Both the position numbers and the translations under genes were made by a program. Shown here one piece after another: positions 29,220 to 39,026 of a stretch of 64,000 bases of DNA. The stretch spans positions 348,739-412,738 of the forward strand of contig CAWANJ010000002.1 in the NCBI GenBank assembly GCA_963783385.1. Reading direction: 5' to 3'. Source of the DNA: an uncultured Gemmatimonadales bacterium (GTDB lineage: Bacteria > Gemmatimonadota > Gemmatimonadetes > Palauibacterales > Palauibacteraceae). Each line of letters starts with the position of its first letter. Position 1 is the stretch's first letter. A model generated the notes under the pieces. The model saw nothing but the letters and a program-made list of their open reading frames with translations. It did no database searches and was not told the DNA's origin.

Positions 29220-31520
29220 TCACTGAAGACAGGCCGCAGTCGGATTGGGAGTTCCAGTGAGTTCATTAGAGACATAGGCCGTGGTAGCGGCCTCGCCGAG
29301 CGCACTTAGGAGCATCACACGCGGTTCATAAATATAGGATATGCCACTGAAGACCAAGCCGACGAATGCACCTACCTTCGCTCTCTTCTTCCGAGAGGGC
29401 GAAACGTCCGCGGCGTCTATGTCCCGCCACGTGGCTCGAGCAGCTTGAACATCAAAGAACAGATTTAGCACGGTGCCCGGCCCAGGAAAGGCTTGGAAAG
29501 GTGCGAGATCGAGGACCTCGTAGAGGGCCCGACCGCAAGGATCGTCTAGGGCATCTGCCGGCTTGCTCACGCCTGCGCGGCCTCCGCTTCCACCCACTGT
29601 CGCTGCGGGGTCGGGGCCAAATCCTATTGGCTGCTGCCTTCCCCGATGTCCGAAGTTCTTAGTAAAACCAGACGTGCGGGGCGTATCAAACGGCCACGCT
29701 CCACTCGTGCCGCTGGACTCGACCCACACCCACGCGATTCCGCCGTGGTCGCACACCAAGTGGAGCCCGTCGTCCATTTGGATCAGGATGCAATTTACCG
29801 GATCCATCCCCGACGGATCGGTCCCGTTCACCGGGCTGTTCCCCACGTAGGCGTAGGGGTTGATGCCGGCCGCGAGCCCGAGCGGATCCTCGCTGATGAA
29901 GCGTCCGAGCTCGGGGTCGTAGGAGCGGGCGCCCATGGCGTAGAGGCCCTCGTGCCAGTCGAGCATCGAGCCGGCCCAGCGCAGCCAGTTGGACACGGTG
30001 GTCGAGCCGTGCTGGGCGTTCCCCCAGGGGTCGTAGCGGTAGTCGTTGGCCACGCCCGAGGCGCCGAACAGCCCGAGGACGGAGCCGAGGTCGTCGGTGG
30101 CCAGGTAGTAGGTCTCCGCGTCGGCGCGCAGGCTGTGGGGCGGGGCGCCGCCGGGGAAGTAGGCGTAGGTGGCCTTGAGCGCGGTGGCCCCGGCGTAGAC
30201 GGCGAACAGGGAGCTTCCGTCCCACAGGAAGTGGAGGACGTAGCCGGTCTTGCCGCGCTCGACGCGGCGGCCGAAGCCGTCGTACTCGTAGCGCCACACG
30301 GTGTCGCCGTCGGCGATACTGTCGAGGCGGCCCGTGGGGCTCCAGTAGAAGCTCTCGTCGACCCCGTTCCCGGACTTGGAGGTGAGCCGGCCGGCGGCGT
30401 CCCAGGTGAGGCTGTAGCCGGCGAAGGAGCTCGGCCGGTCGGCCGTGTCGATCACGGCGCCGTGGTCGGTGCGATTCCCCACCGCGTCGTAGGCGTAGAG
30501 CGCCGAGTCGGCGACCGTGTAGCCCGAGTTGAAGCTGCAGTCGTTGGGATCGATCGAGCCCGGCGTGCAGGTCACCCCCGCGTTGGCCACGCGGTCCACG
30601 TAGCTGGTGAGCCGGCTCTCACTGTCGTACGTATAGGCCCGGCTCGTGTCCTCGCTCGCCCCCCGGTAGACCGCGGTCCGCCGGCCGAGCGAGTCCTCGC
30701 TGAACGCCTGCCCGAACTTCGCCTCGAGGACGGAGCTGCTCCACGAGAGGGACCCCGTCCGGTGGGAGGAGGCCACGCCGCGCCACAGCGTGTCGCCGGT
30801 CGGGTAGATCACTTTCGTGGTCTGGCGGTCCGCGTCGTAGGCGAAGGTCGTCGCCTGCCCCCCGGCGTCGATGAGGGAGTCCAGCCGGCCCTGGTCGTCG
30901 TACCGGTAGCCCACCGAATCGGTCCACGGGGTCGTCGCGGCGATCTCGGCCCGGCGGCCCTCCCCGTCGTACCGGCTGTGCAGGACGTAGCGGGTAGAGC
31001 CCCGGCGGGTGATCTGGTCCACCACGCGGCCCGCGGCGTCGTAGGTCACCGTGTCCGTGCTCGCGGCGTTGGAGGCGGCGACGAACAGGCCGTCGGGATC
31101 CGTCGTGAACGTGGTGGTGTCGCCCCCCTCGGCGCGCCACGCCAGTTGGCCCAGGGCGTCGTAGCCGAAGCCCACGGTCTGACCGACCCGGTTCGTCCAG
31201 CTCGTGATCCGTCCGTTCGCATCGTAGGCGTACGCGTCGGCGTGGCCGGCGGGATCGGTGCGCCCGGTGATCCAGCCCAGGGCGTTCCGGTCGAACGAAT
31301 AGGTCTGTCCGAGGGCGTCGGTCACTCCCGTGACGTAGAGCGAGTCGTACGACAGGCGCGTGGTGTCCCCCAGGGGGCCGACCGTGAGGGTCACCCGGTT
31401 CAGCGTGTCGTAGGCCGTGGTGGCGGTGTGACCGTCGGCGTCGGTGACCTGGACGGTCCGGCCGTGATCGTCGTAGGCGTAGCGCGTGGTCCTCGCCTCG
31501 CTCGACAGCGTCGAGTCCAC
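29220..31520 (-). CDS. Rhs/YD-repeat protein A with C-terminal toxin tip (short; no N-terminal delivery domain seen)
   Basis: Many YD repeats, ARSYDPELGRFISEDP, PVNGTDPSG and a variable tip. Confidence 0.92.
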   Translation of the reverse strand: MDSTLSSEARTTRYAYDDHGRTVQVTDADGHTATTAYDTLNRVTLTVGPLGDTTRLSYDSLYVTGVTDALGQTYSFDRNALGWITGRTDPAGHADAYAYDANGRITSWTNRVGQTVGFGYDALGQLAWRAEGGDTTTFTTDPDGLFVAASNAASTDTVTYDAAGRVVDQITRRGSTRYVLHSRYDGEGRRAEIAATTPWTDSVGYRYDDQGRLDSLIDAGGQATTFAYDADRQTTKVIYPTGDTLWRGVASSHRTGSLSWSSSVLEAKFGQAFSEDSLGRRTAVYRGASEDTSRAYTYDSESRLTSYVDRVANAGVTCTPGSIDPNDCSFNSGYTVADSALYAYDAVGNRTDHGAVIDTADRPSSFAGYSLTWDAAGRLTSKSGNGVDESFYWSPTGRLDSIADGDTVWRYEYDGFGRRVERGKTGYVLHFLWDGSSLFAVYAGATALKATYAYFPGGAPPHSLRADAETYYLATDDLGSVLGLFGASGVANDYRYDPWGNAQHGSTTVSNWLRWAGSMLDWHEGLYAMGARSYDPELGRFISEDPLGLAAGINPYAYVGNSPVNGTDPSGMDPVNCILIQMDDGLHLVCDHGGIAWVWVESSGTSGAWPFDTPRTSGFTKNFGHRGRQQPIGFGPDPAATVGGSGGRAGVSKPADALDDPCGRALYEVLDLAPFQAFPGPGTVLNLFFDVQAARATWRDIDAADVSPSRKKRAKVGAFVGLVFSGISYIYEPRVMLLSALGEAATTAYVSNELTGTPNPTAACLQ

Positions 31521-31608
31521 GCCCGTCTCACGACGGGCGCGTCGTTTCGAATCGCGCCTCTACTTGGAGCCGGCCGACGATCGGCTCGAGACTCATACCG
31601 ATACGATA

Positions 31609-31637
31609 CGGATAGCAGACTCGGGCGAAATAGTCAA
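31609..31637 (-). promoter_or_regulatory. candidate sigma70-type promoter for the Rhs array
   Basis: TTGACT-17 nt-TATCCG with extended -10 TG, about 90 nt upstream of the Rhs A start in an AT-richer spacer. Confidence 0.35.
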
Positions 31638-31969
31638 GGCTCTCGGAGGCGTTTTTTCGATTCCTGACTCCACAACACGCATGGTGACATAGGCTTATGA
31701 ATGACGGACACGGCGGTGGTATCGGCCATCGGCGCGACCGATTCGCGAAATGAACGGGTCTTGCGCCCCGGGGGACGCGACGCCAGCCGCACGGTTCGGG
31801 GTCGGATCGACCCGGGGGCCACGAGGTCACCACGGCGCGAGGGCCCGGGTGGAGAGACCTGCCCGCTCCCTCGACGGAGCGCCCCTCGAAGCCCTACCTT
31901 GCTGGGCTGGAAGCGGAGACGACACGGCGCGGCCGCGGGCCGCGCCTGGACGATAGCATCGGGACGCTC

Positions 31970-32392
31970 ATGGCCGAACGAAAGATCCGGGTCCTGGTGG
32001 CCAAGCCCGGCCTGGACGGACACGACCGCGGCGCCAAGGTGATCGCCGCCTCCCTGCAGGACGCCGGCATGGAGGTCATCTACACGGGCCTGCACCAGAC
32101 GCCCGAGCAGATCGCCTCGACGGCGCTCCAGGAGGACGTCGACGTGGTGGCCCTGTCGATCCTGTCCGGGGCGCACATGACGCTGTTCCCCCGCGTGAAG
32201 AAGGAGCTGGAGGAGCGGGGGCTGGACGACGTCCTCATCACGGGGGGCGGCATCATCCCGAAGGAGGACATCGAGGCGCTCGGGGAGCAGGGCATCGGGC
32301 GGCTATTCGGGCCGGGGAGCCCGACGACGGACGCGATCGACTACATCCGCTCCTGGTACGAGGAGAACCGCGCGGGCGTCGGGGACGCATGA
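31970..32392 (+). CDS. B12-binding small subunit of acyl-CoA mutase
   Basis: [20 protein letters not shown] and GGGIIP. Confidence 0.95.
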   Translation: MAERKIRVLVAKPGLDGHDRGAKVIAASLQDAGMEVIYTGLHQTPEQIASTALQEDVDVVALSILSGAHMTLFPRVKKELEERGLDDVLITGGGIIPKEDIEALGEQGIGRLFGPGSPTTDAIDYIRSWYEENRAGVGDA

Positions 32393-34005
32393 GCCCCGAG
32401 GGCGGAGGCCCCCTCCGGGCTCTGGCCGCGGAGGTCCGTGCCCTCGAAGAGCGCCTGGAGCGGGGCGGCGGCGACAAGCGCATCGAGCGCCAGCACTCGA
32501 AGGACAAGCTCACGGCGCGCGAGCGGGTCGAGCTCCTGGTGGATCCGGGCGGCTGCTTCCTCGAGATCGGCCTCCTGGTGGCCTACGACCGCTACGACGG
32601 GGAGGCTCCGGGCGCCGGCGTGGTGACCGGTGTCGCCGAGGTCGAGGGCCGCGAGGTGGTCGTGGTGGCCAACGACGCCACCGTGAAGGCGGGCTCGTGG
32701 TGGCCGGAGACGATCACCAAGATCCTCCGGGCCCAGGAGATCGCCATGCGCTGCCGGGTCCCCATCGTCTACCTGGTGGACTCGGCCGGCGTGAACCTTC
32801 CCTACCAGGGGGGCGTGTTCCCGGGGCAGTACGGCGCCAGCCGCATCTTCTACTACAACTCGATCATGCGGCACTACCTGGAGGTGCCGCAGCTCTCGGC
32901 CGTCATGGGGCCCTGCATCGCGGGCGGCGCCTACCTGCCGGCCCTCTCCGACGTGATCGTCATGGTGGAGGGCTCGAGCTTCATGGGGCTGGGCGGGCCC
33001 AATCTGGTGAAGGGGGCCACGGGGCAGGAGGTGGAGGCCGAGGAGCTGGGCGGAGCCCTCACGCACAACGCCATCAGCGGCGTGGCGCACTACCGGGTCG
33101 AGGACGACCGCGCCTGCATCGCCCGGCTCCGTGAGCTCGTGTCCGAGCTGCCGCCGGCCGAGCGGTTGGAGCCGTCGGCCGCCGCGGCCCCCCCGGCCCG
33201 CGACCCGTCGGACGCCTACGACCTCTTCCCCGAGAACCACCGGCAGCCCTACCGCATGGAGGACGTGCTCGACACGATCCTCGACGAGAGCTCGCTGGAG
33301 GAGTTCCAGGCCGACTTCGCCCGCGAGATGCTGACGGGGGTGGGGAGCCTGATGGGCCACCGGGTCGGCGTCATCGCCAACCGGCGAGGGATGTTCAAGG
33401 CGAAGGACGGCGGGGCGCCGCGCTTCGGCGGCATCGTGTACGCGGACAGCGCCGAGAAGGTGGCCTACTTCATGGACACCTGCGACCGGCACCGGATTCC
33501 GCTGCTGTTCGTGCAGGACGTGAGCGGCTTCATGGTCGGGACGGAGGCCGAGCACTCGGGGATCATCCGGGCCGGCGCGCGCATGGTGGAGTCCATGGCC
33601 TGCGCCCGCGTGCCCAAGATCGTCCTCACCCTGAACCACGCCTCGGGGGCCGGTTACTACGCCATGGCGGGGCAGGGCTTCGACCCCGACTTCATCTTCA
33701 CCTGGCCCTCGGGGCGCATGGGCGTCATGGAGGGCGAGTCGGCCGTGCGCGCCATTTACGGGCCCAGGCTGGACGCGGCGGCCGCCAGCGGCGAGGCGCT
33801 CGACGACGACACGCAAGAGGCCATCGAGCACACGCGCCAGGAGTACGAGCGCCAGCTCGACGCCCGCTACGCGGCGGCCCGCGGCTTCGTGGACGCCATC
33901 ATCTACCCGGAGGAGACCCGCGACGTGCTCGAGTTCGCGCTGCGCACCGCGCTCAACAACCCGGCGCCCCACATCGGGGCCTTCACGCTCCCCGACAATG
34001 CGTAG
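32389..34005 (+). CDS. acyl-CoA carboxylase carboxyltransferase (MccB/AtuC-like)
   Basis: [33 protein letters not shown] and QDVSGFMVG. Confidence 0.9.
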   Translation: MSPEGGGPLRALAAEVRALEERLERGGGDKRIERQHSKDKLTARERVELLVDPGGCFLEIGLLVAYDRYDGEAPGAGVVTGVAEVEGREVVVVANDATVKAGSWWPETITKILRAQEIAMRCRVPIVYLVDSAGVNLPYQGGVFPGQYGASRIFYYNSIMRHYLEVPQLSAVMGPCIAGGAYLPALSDVIVMVEGSSFMGLGGPNLVKGATGQEVEAEELGGALTHNAISGVAHYRVEDDRACIARLRELVSELPPAERLEPSAAAAPPARDPSDAYDLFPENHRQPYRMEDVLDTILDESSLEEFQADFAREMLTGVGSLMGHRVGVIANRRGMFKAKDGGAPRFGGIVYADSAEKVAYFMDTCDRHRIPLLFVQDVSGFMVGTEAEHSGIIRAGARMVESMACARVPKIVLTLNHASGAGYYAMAGQGFDPDFIFTWPSGRMGVMEGESAVRAIYGPRLDAAAASGEALDDDTQEAIEHTRQEYERQLDARYAAARGFVDAIIYPEETRDVLEFALRTALNNPAPHIGAFTLPDNA

Positions 34006-34032
34006 GCGGCGGACGCGCTCCAGGGGGCGCGC

Positions 34033-35413
34033 GTGAGCCGCTCGATCCGGGTCGCTTCCGGACAGGGTTTCTGGGGCGATTGGCAGGAGGCGCCCAAGCT
34101 CCAGGTGCGCCGGGGGCCGATCGACTACCTGATGCTCGACTACCTGGCCGAGATCACCATGTCGATCCTCCAGAAGCAGAAGGAGAGGGATCCGTCCGCC
34201 GGCTACGCCCGCGACTTCGTGCCGCTGATGGCCGAGCTGGCCCCCGAGCTGATCGAGCGGGGCGTCCGCGTGGCCAGCAACGCGGGCGGCGTGAACCCGG
34301 AGGGCTGCCGCGAGGCGCTGGTCGAGGCCCTCGCGGGCACGAGCCTCTCCCGGCCGCTGCGGATCGCCACGGTGGCCGGGGACGACCTCTCGGGCCGGCT
34401 GGACGATCTCCTGGCCGCCGGCCACGAGCTCCGCAACATGGAGACGGGCGAGCCGCTGGCGGCCGTGCGGGACCGGGTGCAGTCGGCCAATGCCTACCTG
34501 GGCGCCGCGCCCATCGTGGAGGCCCTGGAGGGCGGGGCCGACGTGATCGTCACGGGCCGCTCCACCGACACGGCGCTCACCTACGCCCCCATGATGCACG
34601 AGCTCGGCTGGGGGGCCGAAGACTGGGACCGGATCGCGGCCGGGATCGTGGCCGGCCACATCAACGAGTGCGGCGCCCAGGCGGCGGGCGGGAACACCCT
34701 GTACGACTGGCGCTCGGTGGACCTCGTGGAGCCGGGCTACCCGATCGTCGAGATGGACGAGGGCGGGAGCTTCGTCGTGACCAAGCACCCGGACCTCGGC
34801 GGGCGGGTCACGTGGGCCACGGTCACCGAGCAGCTCGTGTACGAGATGGGGGACCCCACCGAGTACATCACCCCGGACGCGATCGCCGACTTCACCACCA
34901 TCCACCTCTCGGACGAGGGCGGGGACCGGGTGCGGGTGTCGGGGGTCGAGGGCCGGCCGCGCACCGACCGGCTCAAGGTGTCCATCGCCTACCACGCCGG
35001 CTGGAAGGCCACCGGGACCCTCACCTACGCGTGGCCCGACGCCCTCGACAAGGCGCGGCGGGCGGACGAGGTCCTCCGCGGACGGCTGGCCGGCCTCGGC
35101 CTGTCCTTCGACGAGATCCGGACCGAGTTCGTGGGCGCGGGGGCATGCCACGGGCCGCGCCTGGCCGGACCGCCCGCGCCGGACCTGCCGGAGGTGGAGC
35201 TGCGGGTGTCGGTGCGCGGGCCCGACCGCGACCCGGTCGAGCGCTTCACGCGCGAGATCGCGCCCCTCATCCTGGCCGGGCCGCCCGTCGGTCACCGGCT
35301 TCGCGGGCGGGCGCCCGCGGGTGCAGGAGGTGATGGCCTACTGGCCCGCGCTCGTCGACCGGGACGTGGTGGAGCGGGACGTGCGCGTCGAGATCGTGGA
35401 GGCGGGAGCGTGA
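34033..35413 (+). CDS. AtuA/DUF1446 family protein (apparent frameshift near 35285)
   Basis: [38 protein letters not shown] and EQLVYE.GDP. Confidence 0.88.
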
Positions 35414-35429
35414 TCGCCGGGGAGGGAGC

Positions 35430-35798
35430 GTGAAGGTCCAGCTGCGCGAGGTCGCGTTCGCCCGCTCGGGCGACAAGGGCGACACGGCCAACGTGGGCCT
35501 CATCGCCATGACGGACTCCGTGTATCCCATTCTCGTGAAGGAAGTCACGGCCGATCGTGTGAAGGAACACTTCAGGGGCGTGTGCCGGGGCGAGGTGGAG
35601 CGCTTCGAGCTCCCCAACCTCGGCGCCCTGAACTTCCTGCTGCACGAGTCGCTGGGCGGAGGCGGCACCGTGTCCCTCATGCTCGACGCGCAGGGGAAGA
35701 CGTTCTCGACGGCCATGCTGCGGCTCGAGGTCGAGGTGCCCGACCAGGTGCTGGAGGAGGCCCGGGCGGCCCGCGCGATAGACGGGAGGTCGGCGTGA
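35430..35798 (+). CDS. AtuA C-terminal-like small protein
   Basis: [13 protein letters not shown]...RFELPNL..LNF...LGGGG...DAQGK. Confidence 0.88.
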   Translation: MKVQLREVAFARSGDKGDTANVGLIAMTDSVYPILVKEVTADRVKEHFRGVCRGEVERFELPNLGALNFLLHESLGGGGTVSLMLDAQGKTFSTAMLRLEVEVPDQVLEEARAARAIDGRSA

Positions 35799-36565
35799 GC
35801 GACTACGAGCACATCCGGGTGGAGCGGGAGCCGGAGGCCGGGACGGCGTGGATCGTCCTCGACGACCCGGACCGCCGCAACGCGCTCAACGCCCACCTCG
35901 TGGCCGAGCTGAAGACCGCGCTCCGGGCGCTGGACGCCGAGGAGGGGGTGCGGGCCATCGGGCTGCGCGGGGCGGGGCCGGACTTCTGCGCCGGCGCCGA
36001 CCTCCGCGAGGTGCGGGCCACCATGGACGAGGGCGCCCTGGCCAGCCTGGAGGACGCCGACGCGCTCGGCGAGCTGTTCGTCCTCCTCCGGCGGCTGTCG
36101 CGGCCCGTGGTGGCCGCCGTGCGCGGCCGGGCGCTGGCGGGAGGCTGCGGGCTGGCCACCGCCTGCGACCTGATCGTCGCCGCCGAGGACGCCGAGTTCG
36201 GCTACCCGGAGGTGCGGCTCGGCTTCGTGCCCGCCATGGTCATGGCGCTGCTCAGGCGCTCTCTGGGCGAGAAGCGCGCCTTCGAGCTGGCCGCGCTCGG
36301 GGACCGGTTCGGGGCGGCGCGCGCCCACGAGCTCGGACTGGTGGCCCGGCTCCTGCCGGCGCAGGGCTTCGAGGAGGAGGCGCGCGCGTACGTGGCGGAG
36401 CTGGCGTCGCGCAGCGGTTCGGCCGTGCGCCTCACCAAGCGGCTCCTGTACGGCCTGGACGGCGTGGGCTTCGAAGATGCCATCCGGGCCGGGGCCGACG
36501 TGAACGCGCTGGCGCGGCTCACGGATGACTGCCGGGCGGGCGTCGACCGGTTCCTGTCGCGCTGA
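35795..36565 (+). CDS. enoyl-CoA hydratase/isomerase (methylglutaconyl-CoA hydratase-like)
   Basis: RNAL, FCAGADL, ALAGGCGL and FGYPEVRLG. Confidence 0.88.
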   Translation: MSDYEHIRVEREPEAGTAWIVLDDPDRRNALNAHLVAELKTALRALDAEEGVRAIGLRGAGPDFCAGADLREVRATMDEGALASLEDADALGELFVLLRRLSRPVVAAVRGRALAGGCGLATACDLIVAAEDAEFGYPEVRLGFVPAMVMALLRRSLGEKRAFELAALGDRFGAARAHELGLVARLLPAQGFEEEARAYVAELASRSGSAVRLTKRLLYGLDGVGFEDAIRAGADVNALARLTDDCRAGVDRFLSR

Positions 36566-36572
36566 GGGTGCC

Positions 36573-36971
36573 GTGACCCTGCCGCTGCTCGTCCTCCTGT
36601 CCGTGATCGAGATGGCCCTGTGGCTGGCGGCGGGGCTGTGGCGGGGCGTGCCCTGGGTGACCGAGGTGGCCATGGTCATGACGACGGCGCAGGGAATCGG
36701 GGCCGGGCTCCTGTGGCGGCGATTCTGGCACGGCAAGCCGTCGAGGGCGATCTTCGGCGCCGGCGGCCGCTTCGTGGGCTTCGAGGCGGCGGTCGTGTTC
36801 GGCGCCGCGGAGGCCCACGCGGTGGGCACGGGATTCGGCACGGGGGAGCCCTGGCTCGGGGCCCTCATGCTGGCGCCGCCGGTGGCGCTCGCGGGGTTCG
36901 CGCTCCGCGGCGCCCTGCGGATGGAGAGGCGGAACAGGCTGGAGGTCGAGGGTGAGCGACAGGGCGACTAG
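36573..36971 (+). CDS. hypothetical membrane protein
   Basis: Hydrophobic ORF in operon context. Confidence 0.55.
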   Translation: MTLPLLVLLSVIEMALWLAAGLWRGVPWVTEVAMVMTTAQGIGAGLLWRRFWHGKPSRAIFGAGGRFVGFEAAVVFGAAEAHAVGTGFGTGEPWLGALMLAPPVALAGFALRGALRMERRNRLEVEGERQGD

Positions 36972-37635
36972 CGGGGGACCGGGCGCCGGGCGTCCGGAGA
37001 GGACGGTCCGGAGCCTGGTGGCGTGGGCGGTGGCCATGGTCACGTGGCTGGGCGGCCTGTGGATCATCAAGGACCTCGGAGGCCGCACGGCCGTGACCGG
37101 AGGCCTGCTCCTCCTGGTCGTGGCCCTGGCGGCGCTGGGGATCGCCGTGGCCGGCCACGCCTACGGTCCCGATGCGGAGGGCCCGCTCGACCTCAGCACC
37201 CGCCTCGGCGTCGGCGTCCTGGGAGGGGCGCTGGGAGGGCTGGCGGCCATCGCCGCGCTGTGGATCCTGGGCGTGGTGCGGATTCCCGACCTCCTCGGGG
37301 TGGCGCTCGGCAACCACATCGAGGCCACCCGATGGCTGGTGGGCGCGTGGAACGGGGCCATCTGGGGCCTCTTGCTCGGCGTCGCCTACCCGCTCGTGCC
37401 CGGACGCGGGCCCATGACCCGGAGCGTGGCGTTCGGCCTCGTGCCGGCCCTGTGGACGCTGCTCCGGGTGCTGCCGTCGCGGGGCCTGGGCGTGTTCGGG
37501 GTCCATCTCGGCTCGCTCGCCTTCCTCATCGTTGTGTTCCTGAACCTCGTCTGGGGGCTGGTGACGGGCGGTTGCCTGTCGTGGGCCGAGTCTTCGGATC
37601 TGGCGCCGGTCGACCGGCTGCCGGGCGAGGCGTGA
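36952..37635 (+). CDS. hypothetical polytopic membrane protein
   Basis: About six TM segments; host-like codon usage. Confidence 0.7.
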   Translation: MSDRATSGGPGAGRPERTVRSLVAWAVAMVTWLGGLWIIKDLGGRTAVTGGLLLLVVALAALGIAVAGHAYGPDAEGPLDLSTRLGVGVLGGALGGLAAIAALWILGVVRIPDLLGVALGNHIEATRWLVGAWNGAIWGLLLGVAYPLVPGRGPMTRSVAFGLVPALWTLLRVLPSRGLGVFGVHLGSLAFLIVVFLNLVWGLVTGGCLSWAESSDLAPVDRLPGEA

Positions 37636-37644
37636 GCCGGCGAC

Positions 37645-37851
37645 GTGGGAAACGGCGTCGGCTCGCACCGCTGGTGGCTCGGACTCCAGCTCCTGCTGGG
37701 AGGGCTCGGCCTGGTGGCGTGGGTGGCAGGCGCCCTCTTCCTGCACGAGGACTTCCTGAGCGGCCTCGGCCTGGGGCTGCTGATCGGCGGCCTCCTCCTC
37801 CGCTTCGGTCGCCGGGCGGCGCGGGAGGATGCGGCGGAGGGCGGCGGATGA
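37645..37851 (+). CDS. small 2-TM protein
   Basis: Two hydrophobic helices; stop overlaps the next ATG. Confidence 0.55.
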   Translation: MGNGVGSHRWWLGLQLLLGGLGLVAWVAGALFLHEDFLSGLGLGLLIGGLLLRFGRRAAREDAAEGGG

Positions 37852-38979
37852 CGCGGCGGATCGCGGGCACGCTGGCGGCCCTTGCCCTGTCCATCCTGGC
37901 GATGGCCACGGGCCCCGCGCGCGGCGCGGCGCAGGTGGCCGGGGCGTCGCCGGACAGCGCCCGAGCTCCGGCAGCGACGCCCGCTGCCGTGGGCAGCACG
38001 GTGTTCGGCTGGGCGCTCCTGGCCTACGACGCCAGCAGCGGGGAGCTGGGGATCGTGGCCGCCTCGGACCGGTTCTCGGCCGGGTCCGGCGTGCCCTACC
38101 TGGACCGCCGCGTGGGCGCCGTGGCGGTGCTCGGTCGGCTGGACGCCGCCCTGGGACACTCGGTGCTGGGGTCGCTGCGGGGCGGCGCCACGCCGCAGGG
38201 CGTGGTGGGAGCCGGAGCGGCGGACCCGGACTCGGCGGCGGGCGGCGCCGCCCAGGTGGGCGCGCTCACGCCCGCCTGCCAGATGGCCGCGCGCACCTCT
38301 CCCGGCCTGGTGCCGTGGAGCGGCTCGTCCATCGGGCGGATCGGGCGCCAGCTGCTGGCTGCTGATGGGCACGGGGCTCTCCGACAGCACGCTCCTGCCG
38401 CGGCTGGCCGCCGCCTACGGCCGCTCCGGGGGCGACCTTCTGGACCGCTTCCTGGCCGTGCTGGACGCCGCGGGCCGCTCCGAGGAGGACGCGCCCCGCA
38501 GCCGCTCGGCCGTCCTGTGGATCACGGCGCCTCCGGGATCGTCCCCTCCGCTGGGCCGCGGGGAGCTGCGGCTGCAGGTGGAAGACGTGCAGCGTCCCTC
38601 GGATGCGCTGCGCGAGGTGGCCGACGCCGGGCGCGCCGACGCGCTCGCCTCGCGGGCGGCCGTCGCGGTGGACCGGGCCGACTACCAGGCGGCTCTCGAT
38701 CTGTCGAAGCGGGCGCTCGACGTGGAGCCCGCCACGGCCCTCGCGTGGCTGGCCCGCGGGCGGGCGCTGCTCTTCCTGAACCGGGCGGACGAGGCCGAGC
38801 AGGCCTTCCAGCGCATGCTCGAGGTGGACCCGTGGCTCCTGCACGTGCTCGGGAACCCGGCCACCGGCCGGATCCGGCAGGGCGTGATCCCGTACCGGCC
38901 GCGTCTCCTCCAGCGACTGGACGTGTACCGGAGGGCGTTCTGGCCGGACGTGACCTTCCCGGCCGACTCCGCCAGGTGA
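37848..38979 (+). CDS. exported DUF1028-like (Ntn-fold) plus TPR protein (apparent frameshift near 38350)
   Basis: Signal peptide, LAYD..SGELGIVAAS..F..GS.VP, RSAVL, LQVED..P and TPR-like C-terminus. Confidence 0.65.
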
Positions 38980-39026
38980 CACGGGCGGCTTGAGACCCGG
39001 GTGATGGCCGGGGGCTTCGTGACCCC

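Larger units (their letters stand above)
15096..31520 (-). other. Rhs polymorphic toxin/immunity cassette array
   Basis: Six near-identical or related Rhs core-end repeats plus one core-less tip, each followed by a lower-GC variable tip and a small downstream gene; all on the minus strand. Confidence 0.93.

Noticed and set aside
15096-31520. CRISPR array, integron or diversity-generating retroelement explanation of the repeats
   Set aside because: The repeats are long coding Rhs cores. No short regularly spaced repeats, attC-like sites, integrase, cas or reverse transcriptase were seen.
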